From: Octopus vulgaris
Taxonomy: Eukaryota
Assembly: GCA_951406725.2 (NCBI GenBank)
Contig: OX597832.1
Span: 4,526,001 to 4,590,000, forward strand
Reading direction: 5' to 3'
DNA length: 64,000 nucleotides
The notes under the pieces are model-generated. The model was not told the origin of the DNA, made no database searches, and saw only the letters and a program-made list of their open reading frames with translations. This document shows, one piece after another, positions 48,190 through 62,503 of the stretch (within the stretch, counting starts at the first letter, position 1; every line of letters begins with the position of its first letter). The position numbers and the translations under genes are program-made.

Positions 48190-50017
48190 CACAGCTGGTT
48201 CTATGATAACTGAGACCCAGGGAATCCTTGATTGCTGGAAGTCCCATTTCAAGAGCCTACTTAATGACCACACATGCATTCCAGATGATCTCCAAAACAC
48301 CTCACAGCACCCCATCCTCCACTGGATATCCCTGCCGCCCTCACCCCATGAGTTCAACAAGGCATTCAAATGCATGAAGCCAGGCAAAGCTCCAGGACCA
48401 GACAACACATGGAGATCCTGAGCTGAGAAATCATGTGATGTTCCTTATCCTCAAGATCTGGGAAAGCAAGACCCTCCCAAACAACTTCCATGATGTAGCT
48501 ATCATCACCATCTACAAGAAGGGAGACCAAGAGGATTGCAACAATTATTGGAGCATCTCACTCCTGAGTATTGCAAGCAAGATCTCAATCGCCTCCTCAT
48601 CCTCACAGAAGACGTCCTCCCTTAGCACCAGTGTGGCTTACGACCCTCTTGAGGCACAATCGACATGATCTTTTGTGCCTGCCAACTTTAGGAGAAGTGT
48701 CAAGAACAACAATAGCCTGCACTATTCATCTTCTGGGATGTAAAGAAAGCATATGACAAGGTCCCCTGTCCTGCAATGTGGGCCGTCCCTGCTCGGTTTG
48801 GATGTCCTGAGGACTTCATTGCCCTGATCCACTCCCTTCACGACAGCATGGTGGGTAGGCTATGTCATCAAAATGCCCTCACAGACCCGTTTCCCATCAC
48901 TGGGGGTCTTAAGCAAGGAGACATCCTGGCACCGACCCATTTCTCTTTGTACACGGCTGCCATGTTCAATGAAATCCCATGGGACTCACCTTCCATCAAC
49001 ATGCACTATCACTGGACTCTTCAATCTTGCATGTCTCCATGCAAAGACAAGGACCTCCACCATCTCAGTCAATGAGATGCTGTATGCCAACGACAATGCC
49101 ACTTTGAGCCAGACCGTAGATGGCCTACATAGGACGGCCGATCTTTACAACGTGGCTTATGAATGCTTTGGGATGCAGGTAAATATATTAAAGACCAAGA
49201 CCTTGATCTAGTCTGCACCAGGCCAGAACAGTCCACCTATGAACATTAGCATCAACGGCCAACCCCTAGAAGTTGAACACTTCTCATACCTTGGGAGTAT
49301 TCTTTTGAAGACTCCCACATGTGAAAAGGTCTTGAAGAACCAGATCAGGGTGGCTCACTCCGCCTTCGGTAGACTCAGCCATCATGTATTCTTCAATCAC
49401 ACACACTGACCATCTGGACAAAGATCATGGTCTTCCATGCTATTGTTCTGTCAACTCTTCTCTATGCTTGTGAAACTTGGATACTGTATTGCCATGACTT
49501 CAAGTGCCTTGAATGCTTCTAGCAATCCAAGCTTCAACAGATCCTCAATATTCGGTGGATATTCGGTAATATTCATATTACAAACACTGAAGTTCTTCAC
49601 TGCACCTCACTACCAAGCATTGAAGCCACCATTCTTTACCATCGTCTACAGAGAACTCGCAATCAGAACAAGACCCAGAGGAAGCCCAAAATTCCATTTT
49701 AAAGGCTAGCTCAAACAGACCCTGGCTCAAACTAACATCCAGCCATCCTCATGGGAACAAATTGCCATGGATAGGACAGCCTGGAGGACTGCTATTTGCA
49801 ATGGAGCCAGCTCATTCAAGCAGAACAGACAACAAAATAAGGAGGTAAAATGCAGGAGAAGAAAAGAGCATCTTCAACATCCTTGACCTGCACCGACCAT
49901 CCTGAGCGAATTCTGCCCACGACTCTTTCACCACTGACTTAGACTCCAAAGTCACATTTGACACAAAAAACTGCAAAGGAGACTGATGAACCCAATGCTC
50001 AGAAATGAGCTGGGGCC

Positions 50018-50020
<3 letters not shown>
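48190..50020 (+). mobile_element. RTE-clade LINE (RT to C-terminal zinc finger), decayed
   Basis: KPGKAPGPD, IITIYKKGD..DCNNYWSISLLS, FWDVKKAYDKV, GLKQGDILAP, MLYAND, FSYLGS, LLYACETW, C-terminal FCPRLF...L.SH; flanked by (TA)n. Confidence 0.9.
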
Positions 50021-50062
<42 letters not shown>

Positions 50063-50365
50063 CAGTAATCCCTCACCATATTGCGGTTCCCCTATTGCAG
50101 TTTGCCTATCACAGTTTATTATTTAAGCTTACACCAATTCATCCGTAGTGTTGTTTTGCATATATAATAAAATGAATATATATAAATTATAAAATAATAA
50201 AAAAAATATACAGTACAGTACTGCATCTACTTCATGGATTTTCACCTATAGCAGCGGGTTTTGGAACGTAACACCTGTGTGTTTTATATATGTATGTATG
50301 TATGTATGTGTGTGTGTATACATATATATGTGTATACATATGTGTGTATACATATATATGTATAC

Positions 50366-50411
<46 letters not shown>

Positions 50412-50435
50412 GTGTGTATACATATATATGTATAC

Positions 50436-50482
<47 letters not shown>

Positions 50483-50877
50483 TCCAACCCATGCTAGCAT
50501 GGAAAACGGACGCTAAACGATGATGATGATATATATATATATATACTCTTTACTCTTTCAGTCATTTGACTGCAGCCATGTTGGAGCACCACCTTTAGTC
50601 GAGCAAATCAACCCCAGGACTTATTATTTGTAAGCCCTAGTACTTATTCTACCGGTCTCTTTTACTGAACTGCTAAGTTACGGGGGCATAAACACACACA
50701 CACACACATATATATACGATGAGCTTCTTTCAGTTTCTGTTTACCAAATCAACTCACAAAGCTTTGGTCAGCCCGAGGCTATAGTAGAAGGCACTTGCCC
50801 AAGGTGCCACGCAGTTGGAATGAACCCGGAACCATGTAGTTGGTAAGCAAGCTACTTACCACACAGCAACTCCTGCA

Positions 50878-50922
<45 letters not shown>

Positions 50923-51299
50923 TAGCAATGCATCCCAGCATTGCCTAGGTGTTATGACATACACCCATATTGTATTATTTGTTCCTTTCTTATGGGAAGA
51001 ATCAGTACAGCTGATAGATAGTGAACTGGATTACTGGAGTAATGGAAGTTATTGTTTGTTTAAAAGTGAAGGAGGGGAGGGTACAATTTGCATGGGTTTG
51101 CATGAAAGTGCTTTCTGTTCTTAAGAAAGATCACAAACTATGTATTATTTCATTGTATAAAAGGGGGTTGATACAATTTTTGACAAATGTCACATCGGAA
51201 ATGCTAGAAACATGCTAGGGTGTGTGTATGTGTGTGTGTGTACATGTAAGTGCCAAAGGAAGTTATTCTACGGCATTCTTTTGTTTGAAGCAGGAAAAT

Positions 51300-52442
51300 T
51301 GTCAACTCAATCATATGGGATCATATAATTGGTCATTAATCATCATAAATTTTTTTTATTTCTTTATGTTTTGAAGAGAGCAGAAATTGAAAGAGAGGAG
51401 AAAGTGAAAAGGCAACATTTGTTTTGAAGTGCGAGGAGAAAATGAAAGACATATGTACATGTATATAAAATGGATATGTGTGTGTGAGAAAGAGAGAGCG
51501 CAAGAGATGGTGTGTATTGTATTTTTTGCATGTATGTGTAAGTGGCACTCACTTGATATCTCTCTCTCACATATTATCTTTCATATAAATGTACATAACT
51601 ATATATACATTATTTATATTTGATGGATATTTGTCATCTTGTTTGTTGTTAACACAACGTTTTGGCTGATATACCCTCCAGCCTTCATCAGGTGTCTTGA
51701 GGAAATTTTGAACCAGGGTTCTCATTTCTAAGGTATTTTTTGATATTATTATTATTATTATTATTATTCAAATGTAAATAATGTACATAATTCCTCATCT
51801 CTTAAATATAGAACTATATAACTATATATATATACATCTTTTTTGTATGTATGTGTGTGCATTTGAGAGAGAAAGTGAGTGACTGTATTTCCTCATAACA
51901 TATAGAGAAATGGATGTCTTTTAAGGTTAAAAAATGTGACGTTGTCATTGTGATATAAAATGTTTAGGATATTTGAATTATAAAAAAATTATAATGTAAA
52001 ATTTTGTAATGCAAATACGAAAATGAAAATAAAGTTTATTTGTTAGCCAAAAGATTAACTGAATCTTTTGATACTCCATATGTCAAAATCGGCAACTCAG
52101 TTTTCGAATGTATTCGTTCATTTTCGTAAAAACTTTATATTTCTTTATGCTTTGAAGAGAGCAGAAATTGAAAGAGAAGAAACATTTGATTTGAAGTCGG
52201 AGTAGAAAGTGAAAGACGAGGAAGGGAAAGATGTATGTACATGTATATGAAATGGATGTGCGTGTGTGTGTGCACATGAATGCGTGTACATGAGAGAGAA
52301 AGAGAGTGAGTGAGTGAAGGTGTGTGTTGTCATGTATGTGTAAGTGGCACTCACTCCGTATCTCTCCCTGTCTCACACACACACATCTTACCTATATACA
52401 TACATACCTATGAATTCGTCATTTTTGTATGTATGTGTATGT

Positions 52443-52473
<31 letters not shown>

Positions 52474-52710
52474 TGAGTGACTATTTCATCATAACATATA
52501 GAGAAACAGATATCTTTAAGGTACACACTCATATAGAAAATGTGTTGTCCTGTTATAAAATGTTGTTGACAGTTGACTTATAGAAAAGACAGTTGACTTA
52601 TATAATGTAAAATTTTTGTAAAGCAAATATGTAAATGAAAATGTTTATTTGGTAGTCGTAAGATTACTGAATATTTTGATATCCCATACATCAAAATCAG
52701 CAGTTTTCGA
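51300..52710. repeat. Old, diverged tandem duplication (~0.6-0.8 kb units)
   Basis: 51361 TCTTTATGTTTTGAAGAGAGCAGAAATTGAAAGAGA matches 52142 TCTTTATGCTTTGAAGAGAGCAGAAATTGAAAGAGA; 51860-52110 matches 52440-52712. Confidence 0.8.
51651..51696 (-). ncRNA. Minimal hammerhead motif (family C, copy 2; G12>A) inside a small fold-back insertion (~51600-51830)
   Basis: GACAC-CUGAUGA-A-GGCUG(GAGGGUAUAU)CAGCC-AAAA-CG-UU-GUGUU: loopless ACGU stem III, as in Penelope-associated minimal hammerheads. Confidence 0.7.
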
Positions 52711-52763
52711 ATGCATATGGAAAACACACACACATACACACACAAACACTCTTTTATATACAA

Positions 52764-53159
52764 CTAGCAGTATCGCCCGGCGTTGCTCGGGTTTGTAAGG
52801 GAAATAACTATATAAGCATTTTTAGAGATGTAAAGTATAATAGCCATCTCAATATGGCTAACCACAAAGGGGGGGTGTTACTGTAGCTTTTTACGTTCTG
52901 AGATTTAATAATAAATTTTTAGAGAGTTACTTCCCTTATATATGCCAAAAATGCATTAAAAATGGGAAAAATTGATGGTAAATTTTTTTTAAAATTGTAG
53001 ACTCATCGTAGACGCGCGCTAACACCCAGAAGGGCTCGATATGAATCACGACTATAAGATACCCGGTTTTTGTTAAACTGCACCGCAAAATGCGGGAGTA
53101 GTTAGGAATCTAAATCATAGGAGACAGACAGCACACAACCTCACTTTTATATATAAAGA
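52764..53159 (-). mobile_element. Non-autonomous Helitron, complete
   Basis: 5' TC(TTTATATATAAAAG) start, 3' hairpin CCCGAGCAACGCCGGG followed by CTAG end, inserted between A and T with no TSD. Confidence 0.88.
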
Positions 53160-53160
53160 T

Positions 53161-53610
53161 TCGTTGTCGACTTACAACCTATCCACCTTATGACTGATCG
53201 ACTCTACGATGATTGGTGCGCCAGCTCCTGGCAACAATAATAAATAGTCCAGTTGAAATCTAATGGGTTTAATTTCTTAGAAATTAATCCCTCTATGTGT
53301 GATGTCAGCTAACAAATGCTTCCTCTAGGTTTGGTTATCAATCGCTACTGTGGTTATCCCAAATGTTGGATGACTATCCTGTTGAAGAGACATCGAGGCA
53401 ACCTCATATTTGTTTATAAGCCTGAGACTGAAATTTTTGACTATAATAGTATAATACAGAATGCTGTGTGTGACTTTTACCTGAGAATGTACCTTAAGAA
53501 TGTAAAAATATTAAACAAAGCTATGTAGACCTATAGGCCGACTAACAACCAAATCAACTTACGACCAGTCAGTCGCAACCAATTGTGGTCATAAGTCAAC
53601 AAGGACCTGT
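53161..53610. mobile_element. Tc1/mariner (Tigger-like) MITE
   Basis: GTCGACTTACAACC at left; GGTCATAAGTCAACAAGGACCTG-TA at right. Confidence 0.55.
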
Positions 53611-54159
53611 ATATGGAAGTGTCCCTGTCTGTCTCTCACATTCCCTGTCTGTCTATCTCTTCCTGTCTCCTCCCCTTCCCTGATATCAGCCACCCTCATT
53701 ATGCCACATTTCCCTGACCCTAACACTTTTGCATCCCTCTCATTTTATCATGTAATAGCCCAACCTCCATAGTCACTCCATTATCGATTTTTATTGAAAT
53801 CCAATTAGCCGCTTGCACGACACCTTATTTTCTTGTCTCCTGATTTTCATGTACGTTTGTTGCCCCAAGGCTTCCACTTCACATGCCAGCTTAACTGAAC
53901 TTGTCCTTTTAGTCAAAAGACACCTGTTGTTATTCTTGTTGTTTGTATTTGTAATTGTGTAACATTTTCTCCGTTTTCTCATTTTTTTGTCTGTGTTGTC
54001 ACACATATTCGCTCACTTTTTTCCGAAAATTTAATGCTCTTAGCTTAGATTTTTGGGGGCCAGCCAATTTTGAACAGTCTTAAATAGGCTGAAACTGTAA
54101 TGATGATTTGAAGCCTGACTGATGAATAAAAAACCATGAATGTTCCATCCTGTTATATA

Positions 54160-54960
54160 TTGGGTTGGCAACTATGTTCCTGCTATTTTTTTAAATTTGG
54201 GAATCTTTTTTTTTTTTGAGAATTCTATTTTTGTATCATTTTGGAATCTATTTTGTTTATTTTTCTAGTAAATTTTAGTTAATTTTTGTTTATTTTCAGA
54301 TCATTAAAATGGAATGTCAAGTTAGGAAAAATGAGCATATTCGACACCTCCTTTTTGCTTTTAATCAAGGTTCTAAGGCCACAAAAGCTGCTCACGACAT
54401 TTGTCCTGTGTATGGAGAGGGTACCATAGCTGAAAGAACTGCTTGTGATTGACCTCAAAGACACACCTTGTTCTGGCCATCCAGTTGAGTTCAATGAAGA
54501 GCAATTAAACCAACTTTTGCACGAAAATTCTCGTCAAACGACAAGGGAACTGCAATAGAGAAGCATCTTCATTTGATGGGAAAGGTTCAGAAGTATGGAG
54601 CATGGGTTCCACATGCTTTAAGTAACAACAACAAAAATCAATGAGCCACAATCTCCACTGGTTTGCTTGCTTGTCACCGCTCAACTCATGGACACAAGCA
54701 ACGATTTCTTTACCGAATCGTTACTAGCGACGAAAAATGGTGCCTGTGTGAAGCAGTGTAAGGAATGGCTTAGCCCTGGTAGACAAGTGACACTGTGTGT
54801 GAAACAAGATCTTCCTCCGCGTAAAACAATGTTGTACATATGGTGGGACTGGGAAGGGATTATCCATCACGAATTGCTTGATCGGAACCAAACGGTCAAT
54901 GTGGAACTCTGTGTTCAACAGATGGAATGACTCAACACAGCTATTCAAGAGAAAAGACCT
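54160..54960 (+). mobile_element. mariner transposon (Hsmar1/cecropia-like), 3'-truncated, decayed
   Basis: TA|TTGGGTTGGCAACT TIR; MECQVRKNEHIRHLLFAFNQG..A..AA.DIC.VYGEG; WVPHAL; IVTSDEKW; KTMLYIWWDWEGIIHHELL. Confidence 0.88.
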
Positions 54961-57417
54961 ACATACATACATACGTGTGTGTGTGTGTGTGTGTGTGTGT
55001 GTTCTCTCTCTCTCTTAACTTAGTATTTTATCAAAAGGAACTGATAGAGAAAGTACCAGACTTTAAAATAAAGAATTGGGGTCAATTTGTTTAACTAAAC
55101 CCTTTAAGGTGGTGCACCAGCATGGCCACAGACCAATCAATGGTACTAGTAAAAGATAAAAGACAGTGTTATTAGCTAAGTATGTAAGTAAAAATTTTAT
55201 TTATGAAGTGTTACTTCTGATAATTGATGTTGGAAACACTAAATTCTGTCTTTCATTTTATTTGGACTGTTTCCAGAAAGTCCTGGAAATAGGCTCTTTT
55301 CTATCAAATTATTTAACTGGAGTCCATTAAAGAGTGTTTGACCTGCTAGAAATAGCAATAAAATCCTTTCCTCTAAATGATACACCTTACCATCTAGCAA
55401 ATGGCAAAACATTTTGAAATAATGTGGTCTATGATACACCACATTTAAAAACAAGCTGGGATAGTCATAGTCAGAATATCTTTGATCATAGGACAGCTAT
55501 ATCAGTCAAAAACTGGGACTAAGGTAGAACACCATCAAGGAAAGCAAATACATAAATGGATGTATGTTTGGATTTATTTTGAATTTGGTAAAAAATGAAA
55601 GAAACCAGTCAATCTATACAGCCCCAGTATAAGTGGAATTCATGGATTGATTTCTGAAGCTAACAATTTTTAAAAATGCTGTGACTCATTATAAATTGGC
55701 TTGTTCACAATATGGGTGGAATGAAGAAGAAAATATTTAGTTGATCAAATTTGTCTCATAATAGCAATAACTAAGCAAGGAAAGCCATTCATACTGGAAT
55801 AAAAAAAGATAAATTATCACAACACTGCTTTGATGGACAGTAAAGTTCAACTAATTCACAATTGATTCATTCTATTGGATAAAGAGGATGAAGACAAACT
55901 TTGGGAATGGGAAACAAAGAGAGGGGGAGGGAGAGGGAGGGAGGAAAGAGACAGAAAGGGAGAGAGAGAGAGATGAAGCAAAAGAGGCAGAGGAGAGACT
56001 GAACAAAGTGAAACAAAGACAGAGGTTTAGAAACCATAACAGAAAGAAAGAAAAAAATAAAGACAGAAATAGAGAAATAAAAGAGGGAGGAAGAAAAGAA
56101 ACAAAGAGAGAGAGAGAGAGAGAGAGTGAGAGAGAAAGAGAGCAATAGAAACAAGTACAGGATTTATTTTTATAGAATCATATAAATGTTTTGAATATTT
56201 GGTGACTATTTGATGAATGTAACAATACGAAGGAAAAGAAAGTTCAACCAAAAGAGGTTATGTGTATAAATTGTATCAATTTTAGTGATTTGCCTGCAGT
56301 GAACCAATGATTGGCTAATTGGAACCCTGTTTCAGCACAAATACCCAGTGACGCTATCATTCAGAAAAACATGCAATAAAATAAAAGTGTTCTTCTCTCT
56401 AACCCAACACAGTGGTTGACTGAATTTGGTTTAGAAAATCTAATTAAAGTATTAAATGTTTTGTTATCTTGGCCAATTAGTAACGCAAATAGCTTGGACA
56501 AAAATTATTTTCAAAACCCTGGTTTAATTTAATATCTAGTACTCCATGGTGGATGCAACAAGCTTAAAACAATAGTCTGCAGTAGGTTTTATAGGAAATA
56601 AAGATGCAACAGAATTGCAATGAAACAAATTAAGGTCTTGTTACTTTAACTAAGCATACAAAGGTCATTTTGAAAAAAGTCTCAGTTTCTAAGGTCTTTC
56701 ATTATCTATTAAGTTTTTATGCTACATTAAAAAAAAAAGAAGATAAAAACAATGAAAAGTTCAAGGAAACACAGGATAGCTTCTGAGGTGCAGGGATATG
56801 ATGGGGTTGTTATGACACAAATTTAATATCAATGATGGTAGATGAGTGGTGGATAGAAAAGTGAGGATAATAATATTACATTATTGTAAGGTGGTGAGCT
56901 AGCAGAATTGTTAGCATGCCAGACAAAATGTTTATCAGTATTTCGTCTGTCTTTGTGTTCGGAGTTCAAATGCTGCTGAGCTTGACTTTGCCTATCATCT
57001 TTTCAGGGTCAGTAAAATAAATACCAGTTGAGCACTGGAGTTTATGTAATCAACTAAACCCCTCACTCGAACTCACTGGCCTTCTACCAAAATTTGAAAC
57101 CAATGTCATGCTATTGTTGTTTTAATCAGCTGCTCTGATATATTTTAAAAAATCTTTTTTACTTGTTTCAATCATTTGACTGCAGCCATGCTGGAGCACT
57201 GCCTTAAAGTGTTTTGTTGAACAATTCAACCCCAGGACTTATTTTGAAACCTAGTACTTATTCTATTGATCTCTTTGCTGAATCACTAAGTTACAGGGAC
57301 AAAAACACACCAACACCAGTTGTTAAGTGAGGATAGGGGAACAAAGACACACCTAGATATATACACAAAGACACACCTAGATATATATACACAAAGACAC
57401 ACCTAGATATATACATA

Positions 57418-57449
<32 letters not shown>

Positions 57450-58955
57450 CAAACACCAGAGGCTTCCTTCAGTTTCCATCTGCCAAATTCACTCACAAGG
57501 CTTTGGTCAGCCCAAGGCTATAGTAGAAAACACTTGTCCAAGGTGCCATGCACTAGGACTGAACCTGGAACCATGTGGCTGAGAATCAAGCTCCTTACCA
57601 CATAGCCATGCCTGCACCTATTTATAAGAGAATCTCATTGTATGTCACACAAAACAAACATCATCATCACTTTCACTCCAATTATTATGACTACTGCTTC
57701 TAACACTATCTTTACATTATGTTCATGACTCCATTACTATCAGCACTAAAAACAAAAAAGAAAGAACCTTTATGACAGTGATGGACAAACCATGGCCTGT
57801 GGGACTTTATGAACGACATTCCTAATGAAAAATTACTTTGAATTTTCTTAGCAGTGCTGCCCACCTGATGATGAGCCATGTTTCATATGCTTGCTTCTCA
57901 AAAAATGCCCTATAGAGCAGCCCATGACTGCTCTATAAGACTAATTAATCTACAAGAAATAGCAGTGAAATATTATTCAAATCACACCAACTGTTTTGGA
58001 GTCTTACATACCCCTAAAAAGATGGAATGGTCATGTCTGGAATGCCTTTGATCACAAGTCTGCTTAATCAGAGTTGACCAGGGATATAGCAACTGCAGTA
58101 ATGAGTCAATGAGGAACACTCTATATTACGGAGAAGGGGAACTCCTCCCACATGAGAACAATTTGAACTGTATTCAAATATGAAACTTCCAGCTGACAAA
58201 GTCTCTAATAGAAATCTACATGAAAAGAATGTTTAAAGCCTTAAACAAAAAACAGCAATTTCATGTAACATCATTATAACCATAATTTTTGATGTCCACT
58301 TTTCTAGGCTTACATGGGTTGGATGGAATTTGTCAAGGCGGATTTGGAACATCCAGATGCCCTTCCAGTCACCAGCCCTAACCAGTTTCCAAGTGAGGTA
58401 ATATTTCTCCATGACCAGATATACTTTCAAAGAATTTTGGGAAAAGGGGATGCTGCTTGCATGATGGTGAAGCTCGTTTACATCTATTGTACAATATCAA
58501 GGTAAGGTGACAGAATCCCCTACCATTATGTGGCTGTGTGGTAAGAAGCTTGCTTCTCAACTACATGGTTCCAGGTTCAGTCTCACAGCATGGCACCTCG
58601 AGCAAGTATCTTCTACTATAGCCTCATGCTAATTAAAGCCTTGTGAATGGATTTGGTAGACAGAAACTGAAAAGAAGACTGTCATGTATGTGTGTGTGTC
58701 TTTATGACTGTGTTTGTCCTCCACTACACCATTTGTCAACAAGTGTTGGTGTATTTATGCCTACATAACTTAGTTGTTCAACAAAAGAGACTGATAGAAC
58801 AAGTACCAGGTTTTAAAAAAACACACCAAGAAGTACTGGGGTTGATTCATTCAACTAAAATTTCTTCAAGGCAGTGCCCCAGCATGGCTGCAGTCTAATG
58901 ACTGAAACAAATAAAAGATAAAAGATATACATACATATATTATATAATATTCAAC

Positions 58956-58982
58956 TAGGTGAACTGCAATATGATGAGAGAT

Positions 58983-59018
<36 letters not shown>

Positions 59019-59248
59019 ATCTCTCATCATATTGCAGTTCACCTATCATGCACTCAGAAGTTTGTGGTTCACCTTCGTGCACTCAGTATATCGCGGATTC
59101 TTCTGGCTAATATATGTAAATTTATATCGCAGACTCTTCAGTATATCCAGGTTTCTTTGGTTGATAGGTATTTATATTTTTTTAGATTTTAATTATTCAT
59201 GTAGGGGGTTTTGGAACATAACACCAGTGATAGTTGAGGGATTACTGT
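58956..59248. mobile_element. Tigger-like MITE (59015-59248) with an extra inverted copy of its left end across (TA)n
   Basis: Ends AGTAATCTCTCA.../...TGAGGGATTACTG-TA. 58956-58988 is the reverse complement of ~59015-59046. Related partial copy at 50063-50280. Confidence 0.7.
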
Positions 59249-60526
59249 ATACATACACACACAAGTTTCTTTTGGTTTCAGCCTAACAAATTTGCCAACA
59301 AAGTTTTGGGTGCCCTGGAGCTGTAGTAGAAGACACTTCCCCAAATTTCTACACAGTGGGACTGAACTGGGAACGATGTAGTTGTGAAGCAGAATTTGTA
59401 AATGAAAGATTCACTAATGTTCTTTGTACAGATGTATCTGCACAGGTTCTGATGACTTTGTAATTAACTCTTATACTAAAAAGAGGGTTCTCACACCCTG
59501 TCACTCAACATGACAAAAATAACAGTCAAAATCTCCCTCAAATCAAACCTTATTGTCTAAAACGAGAAAGGAAGCATTAGATGATGTAATTCCTGTGCTT
59601 GAAAAAAAAAGTGATGGGACTGTCCTGATCTGAACATCATTAATAGCTCAAACAAGGTTGATTTTGGGTGAAACACCGTCAGTAATAGTCAAGAATATTT
59701 CTACCTCTGCATTAAGCCTGGCATAAAACTTCTATAAAAACTATTAATTACAGTATTTAACAATCAGTCAAAGCATGAAACTACTGGAACCAATACTACA
59801 TTTATTTCACTACATATCCCTAAATATTTGCCTCTCAAGGTATTTAATCACTTGTAACAAAAATGTCATAAGAGTGTCCTTTAAATAAATGTGGCTCAAT
59901 ATATGAATCATTATCCTTAGGACAAAAATGATTTGAGCTATATACGCCTGGGAAAAAAGGTGTAACAAAACCCTTATGAAATAAAGGGAAATATTGTTGT
60001 CCTAGAAGGACCTATAAAAATGTTTCTATTTTAGGCATTTTTATTTGAAATGTTATATAAGAAATGTTCACTCAATAAATATTATTATAGCAATGTTTGA
60101 ATCAATATTTGTACATTTGCTAGCTGGAGCTATTTTTAATTCACTTATGCTACTAATATCATGAAAAGAGGCAGGAATGTCTAAACTTCCCATTTCCACT
60201 CAAATGTTTATAGTGTTTACTTGGAAAAACCATTCTTATTAAGAATTTTGAATGTTGTTCTTTACTCAAAGTTTCTTAACAAGTTGTTATGAGAGAAACT
60301 TTCAAAATTTATCATAGACAGCAGTGATTGCTACAATCTTTAATGATGTCTCTCTTTTTTTCTCTCTCTCTTTCCCTGCAGACACAAATATACACAAACA
60401 TAACTGACCTTAACAATGAAAGTAATCATTACTCTTGGGACAGATCTCAACAAAAAGAAATGATTATGCAATATAAGAGAATAAGGGAGTTCTTTTATTT
60501 GAGAAAGAATATAGAAATGTACTTAC

Positions 60527-60597
60527 CTTTATTTGTGAAGGTGTAAGTTGTTGAAATATGCTTCTGTCCATTCCAAACACAATAGCATTTAGAGCAC
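60527..60597 (-). CDS. Internal exon of the same cAMP receptor-like GPCR: end of TM7 and helix 8
   Basis: ccttattacAG|GTGCTCTAAATGCT...CAAATAAAG|GTaagta, 71 nt. Joins the upstream exon in frame giving SPLHGALNAIVFGMDRSIFQQLTPSQIK, matching the PLxGxLNAIVYG-type TM7 motif of the Dicty_CAR family. Confidence 0.85.
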
Positions 60598-60754
60598 CTG
60601 TAATAAGGATTTTTATGAAAGACATTAGTTTGGGTTCCTTTTCTCTAAAGGTGGTATTTTAACTCTGAAAATCATTCATGGGCATCAAAAAAACATCATA
60701 TTTTTCATCCTCCAAGTTATTGGAGGATGAAAAATAACAACTTAAGAACTACTA

Positions 60755-61020
60755 TCTTTCTATAAAGCTCAGGTGAAGCCCACACTGGAGCACTGCTCTC
60801 ACATCTGGGACACTGCTGATATACATCATACATCTTATAGTGCATCCAAAGAAAGATTGATCATCTGATTTACATGAAGTCACTTTAAGCTCTGGCCCAC
60901 AGAGTTACACTCCAAAATCACACTCTAACCTCTGGCCCATAGATGCACTTTCTCAACCTTCTGCTAGTTCTGCAGTTAGTATAAGTGCTCTCTGCCTCTG
61001 GGGAAGAGGCATTTGTACTC
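60755..61020 (+). mobile_element. CR1/L2/Jockey-group LINE 3' fragment
   Basis: YKAQVKPTLEHCSHIWD remnant. Confidence 0.65.
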
Positions 61021-61102
61021 TCTCTTACACACACACACACACACACATACATTATTAATGTAATACATATTTTCAGTATGTTCGAGATCATTGCTGTTAT
61101 TG

Positions 61103-61335
61103 GAGTAAAGATTTTTGCCAATATAACATGGCTGGTTTAGGATGAATGTTGCTGTAATTTAGCCCCAGGAGACATCGTCTCCAGCTGGATATACAACACA
61201 ATCTGTGTCCTCTGAGGCTAAATTACAGCAACATTCATCCTAAACCAGGACTGCCATGTTATGTTGGCAAAAATCTCTACTCCAAGGTACTGTTGCAGAA
61301 TATCTCTTGTGAGATTTAAAAATAGTAATTTTCTA
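61103..61335 (+). mobile_element. Fold-back insertion related to the 26.7-kb hammerhead element, 13-bp TSD
   Basis: TSD ATTGCTGTTATTG at 61090-61102 and 61336-61348; arms 61100-61168 and 61213-61285. Shares CCAGCTGGAGA..TCTCCTGGGGCTA...TACAG.A.CAT, TGGCAAA.AT and GAGATTTA blocks with 26781-26925. Confidence 0.75.
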
Positions 61336-62503
61336 ATTGCTGTTATTGTTTCCATTATTTGTACCAGTGATTATCTTCTATCCCCTCTACAGAAGTACTC
61401 TTAGACATGTAAGAATAAATAAGGCTTAAACAACATTTCAAGTTGTACTCATTGACAATAACACAGCCGTATACATTGCTGCTGTTGTTATTTAACCCAA
61501 GGTCAGCCCTGATCAAGCATACCAGTAATACCCATGATGATCTCATATTTTTGACAGTCATACTGCATCAATGATCACATTATTCAACGAATCCTTTTCT
61601 ATGGTATCAGGATGTGATTTGAATGCTTTCTGGCTGCTATTTTTAGCAAGTTGAGTGACCTTATTATTGTATATTAACATGTAGTACCATAACAGTACTT
61701 ATTACATATTACATATAATACTTCAGTATTAGTACTTATCTTCAGTGTACTTACTGACATGTAACACAGTACAGTAGTTCTTAAATGATTTATTATATTA
61801 ATAATTATTGATATACAGTGAGTGGATTTGGTAGATGGAAACTGAAAGAAGCCTGTCGTATATATGTACATATATATGTATGTATGTGTGTGTATATGTT
61901 TGTTCCCCTCCCCCACCAACATTGCTTGACAACCGATGATGGTGTGTTTATGTCCTGGTAACTTAGCGGTTCGGCAAAAGAGATGGATAGAATAAGTACT
62001 AGGCTTCCAAAGAATAAGTTATGGGGTCGATTTGCTCAACTAAAGGCGGTGCTCCAGCATGGCCACAATCAAATGACTGAAACAAGTAAGAGAGAAAGAG
62101 AGAGTGGTATTCATGATTGTAATACTGTAGTTTCAATTCCTGGGCTGGGTGATGTATTGTGTTCTTGAGCAAAACACTTCATTTCACATTGCTCCAGTCC
62201 ACTCAGCTGGTAAAAGTGAGTAATCTTGGAATGGACCCGTGTCTCATCCAGGGGGAAAATATATATGCCACAGAATTTGGGTAATTGGCTTTATGAGCCT
62301 ATGGCTTGGAAAGGACTTCTAACCTTTTTTTTTTTGTGATAGACATATCATAAGTAAAATGAAGTATTTTACAATTGGTAGTTTAGGAGCTTGAAATCGT
62401 ATGCTATGATATACATCAGATCACATCTCAAGATCCTATGATGTAGATAACACCTGACATACTTTAAGTAATGTTTTAGTCAATACAAAGAGCAAAAACT
62501 TAC

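Noticed and set aside
57857-57921. CUGAUGA-UGAG...CUCA-AAAA possible fossil hammerhead
   Set aside because: G12 is missing and stem III is absent; only partial stem I complementarity.
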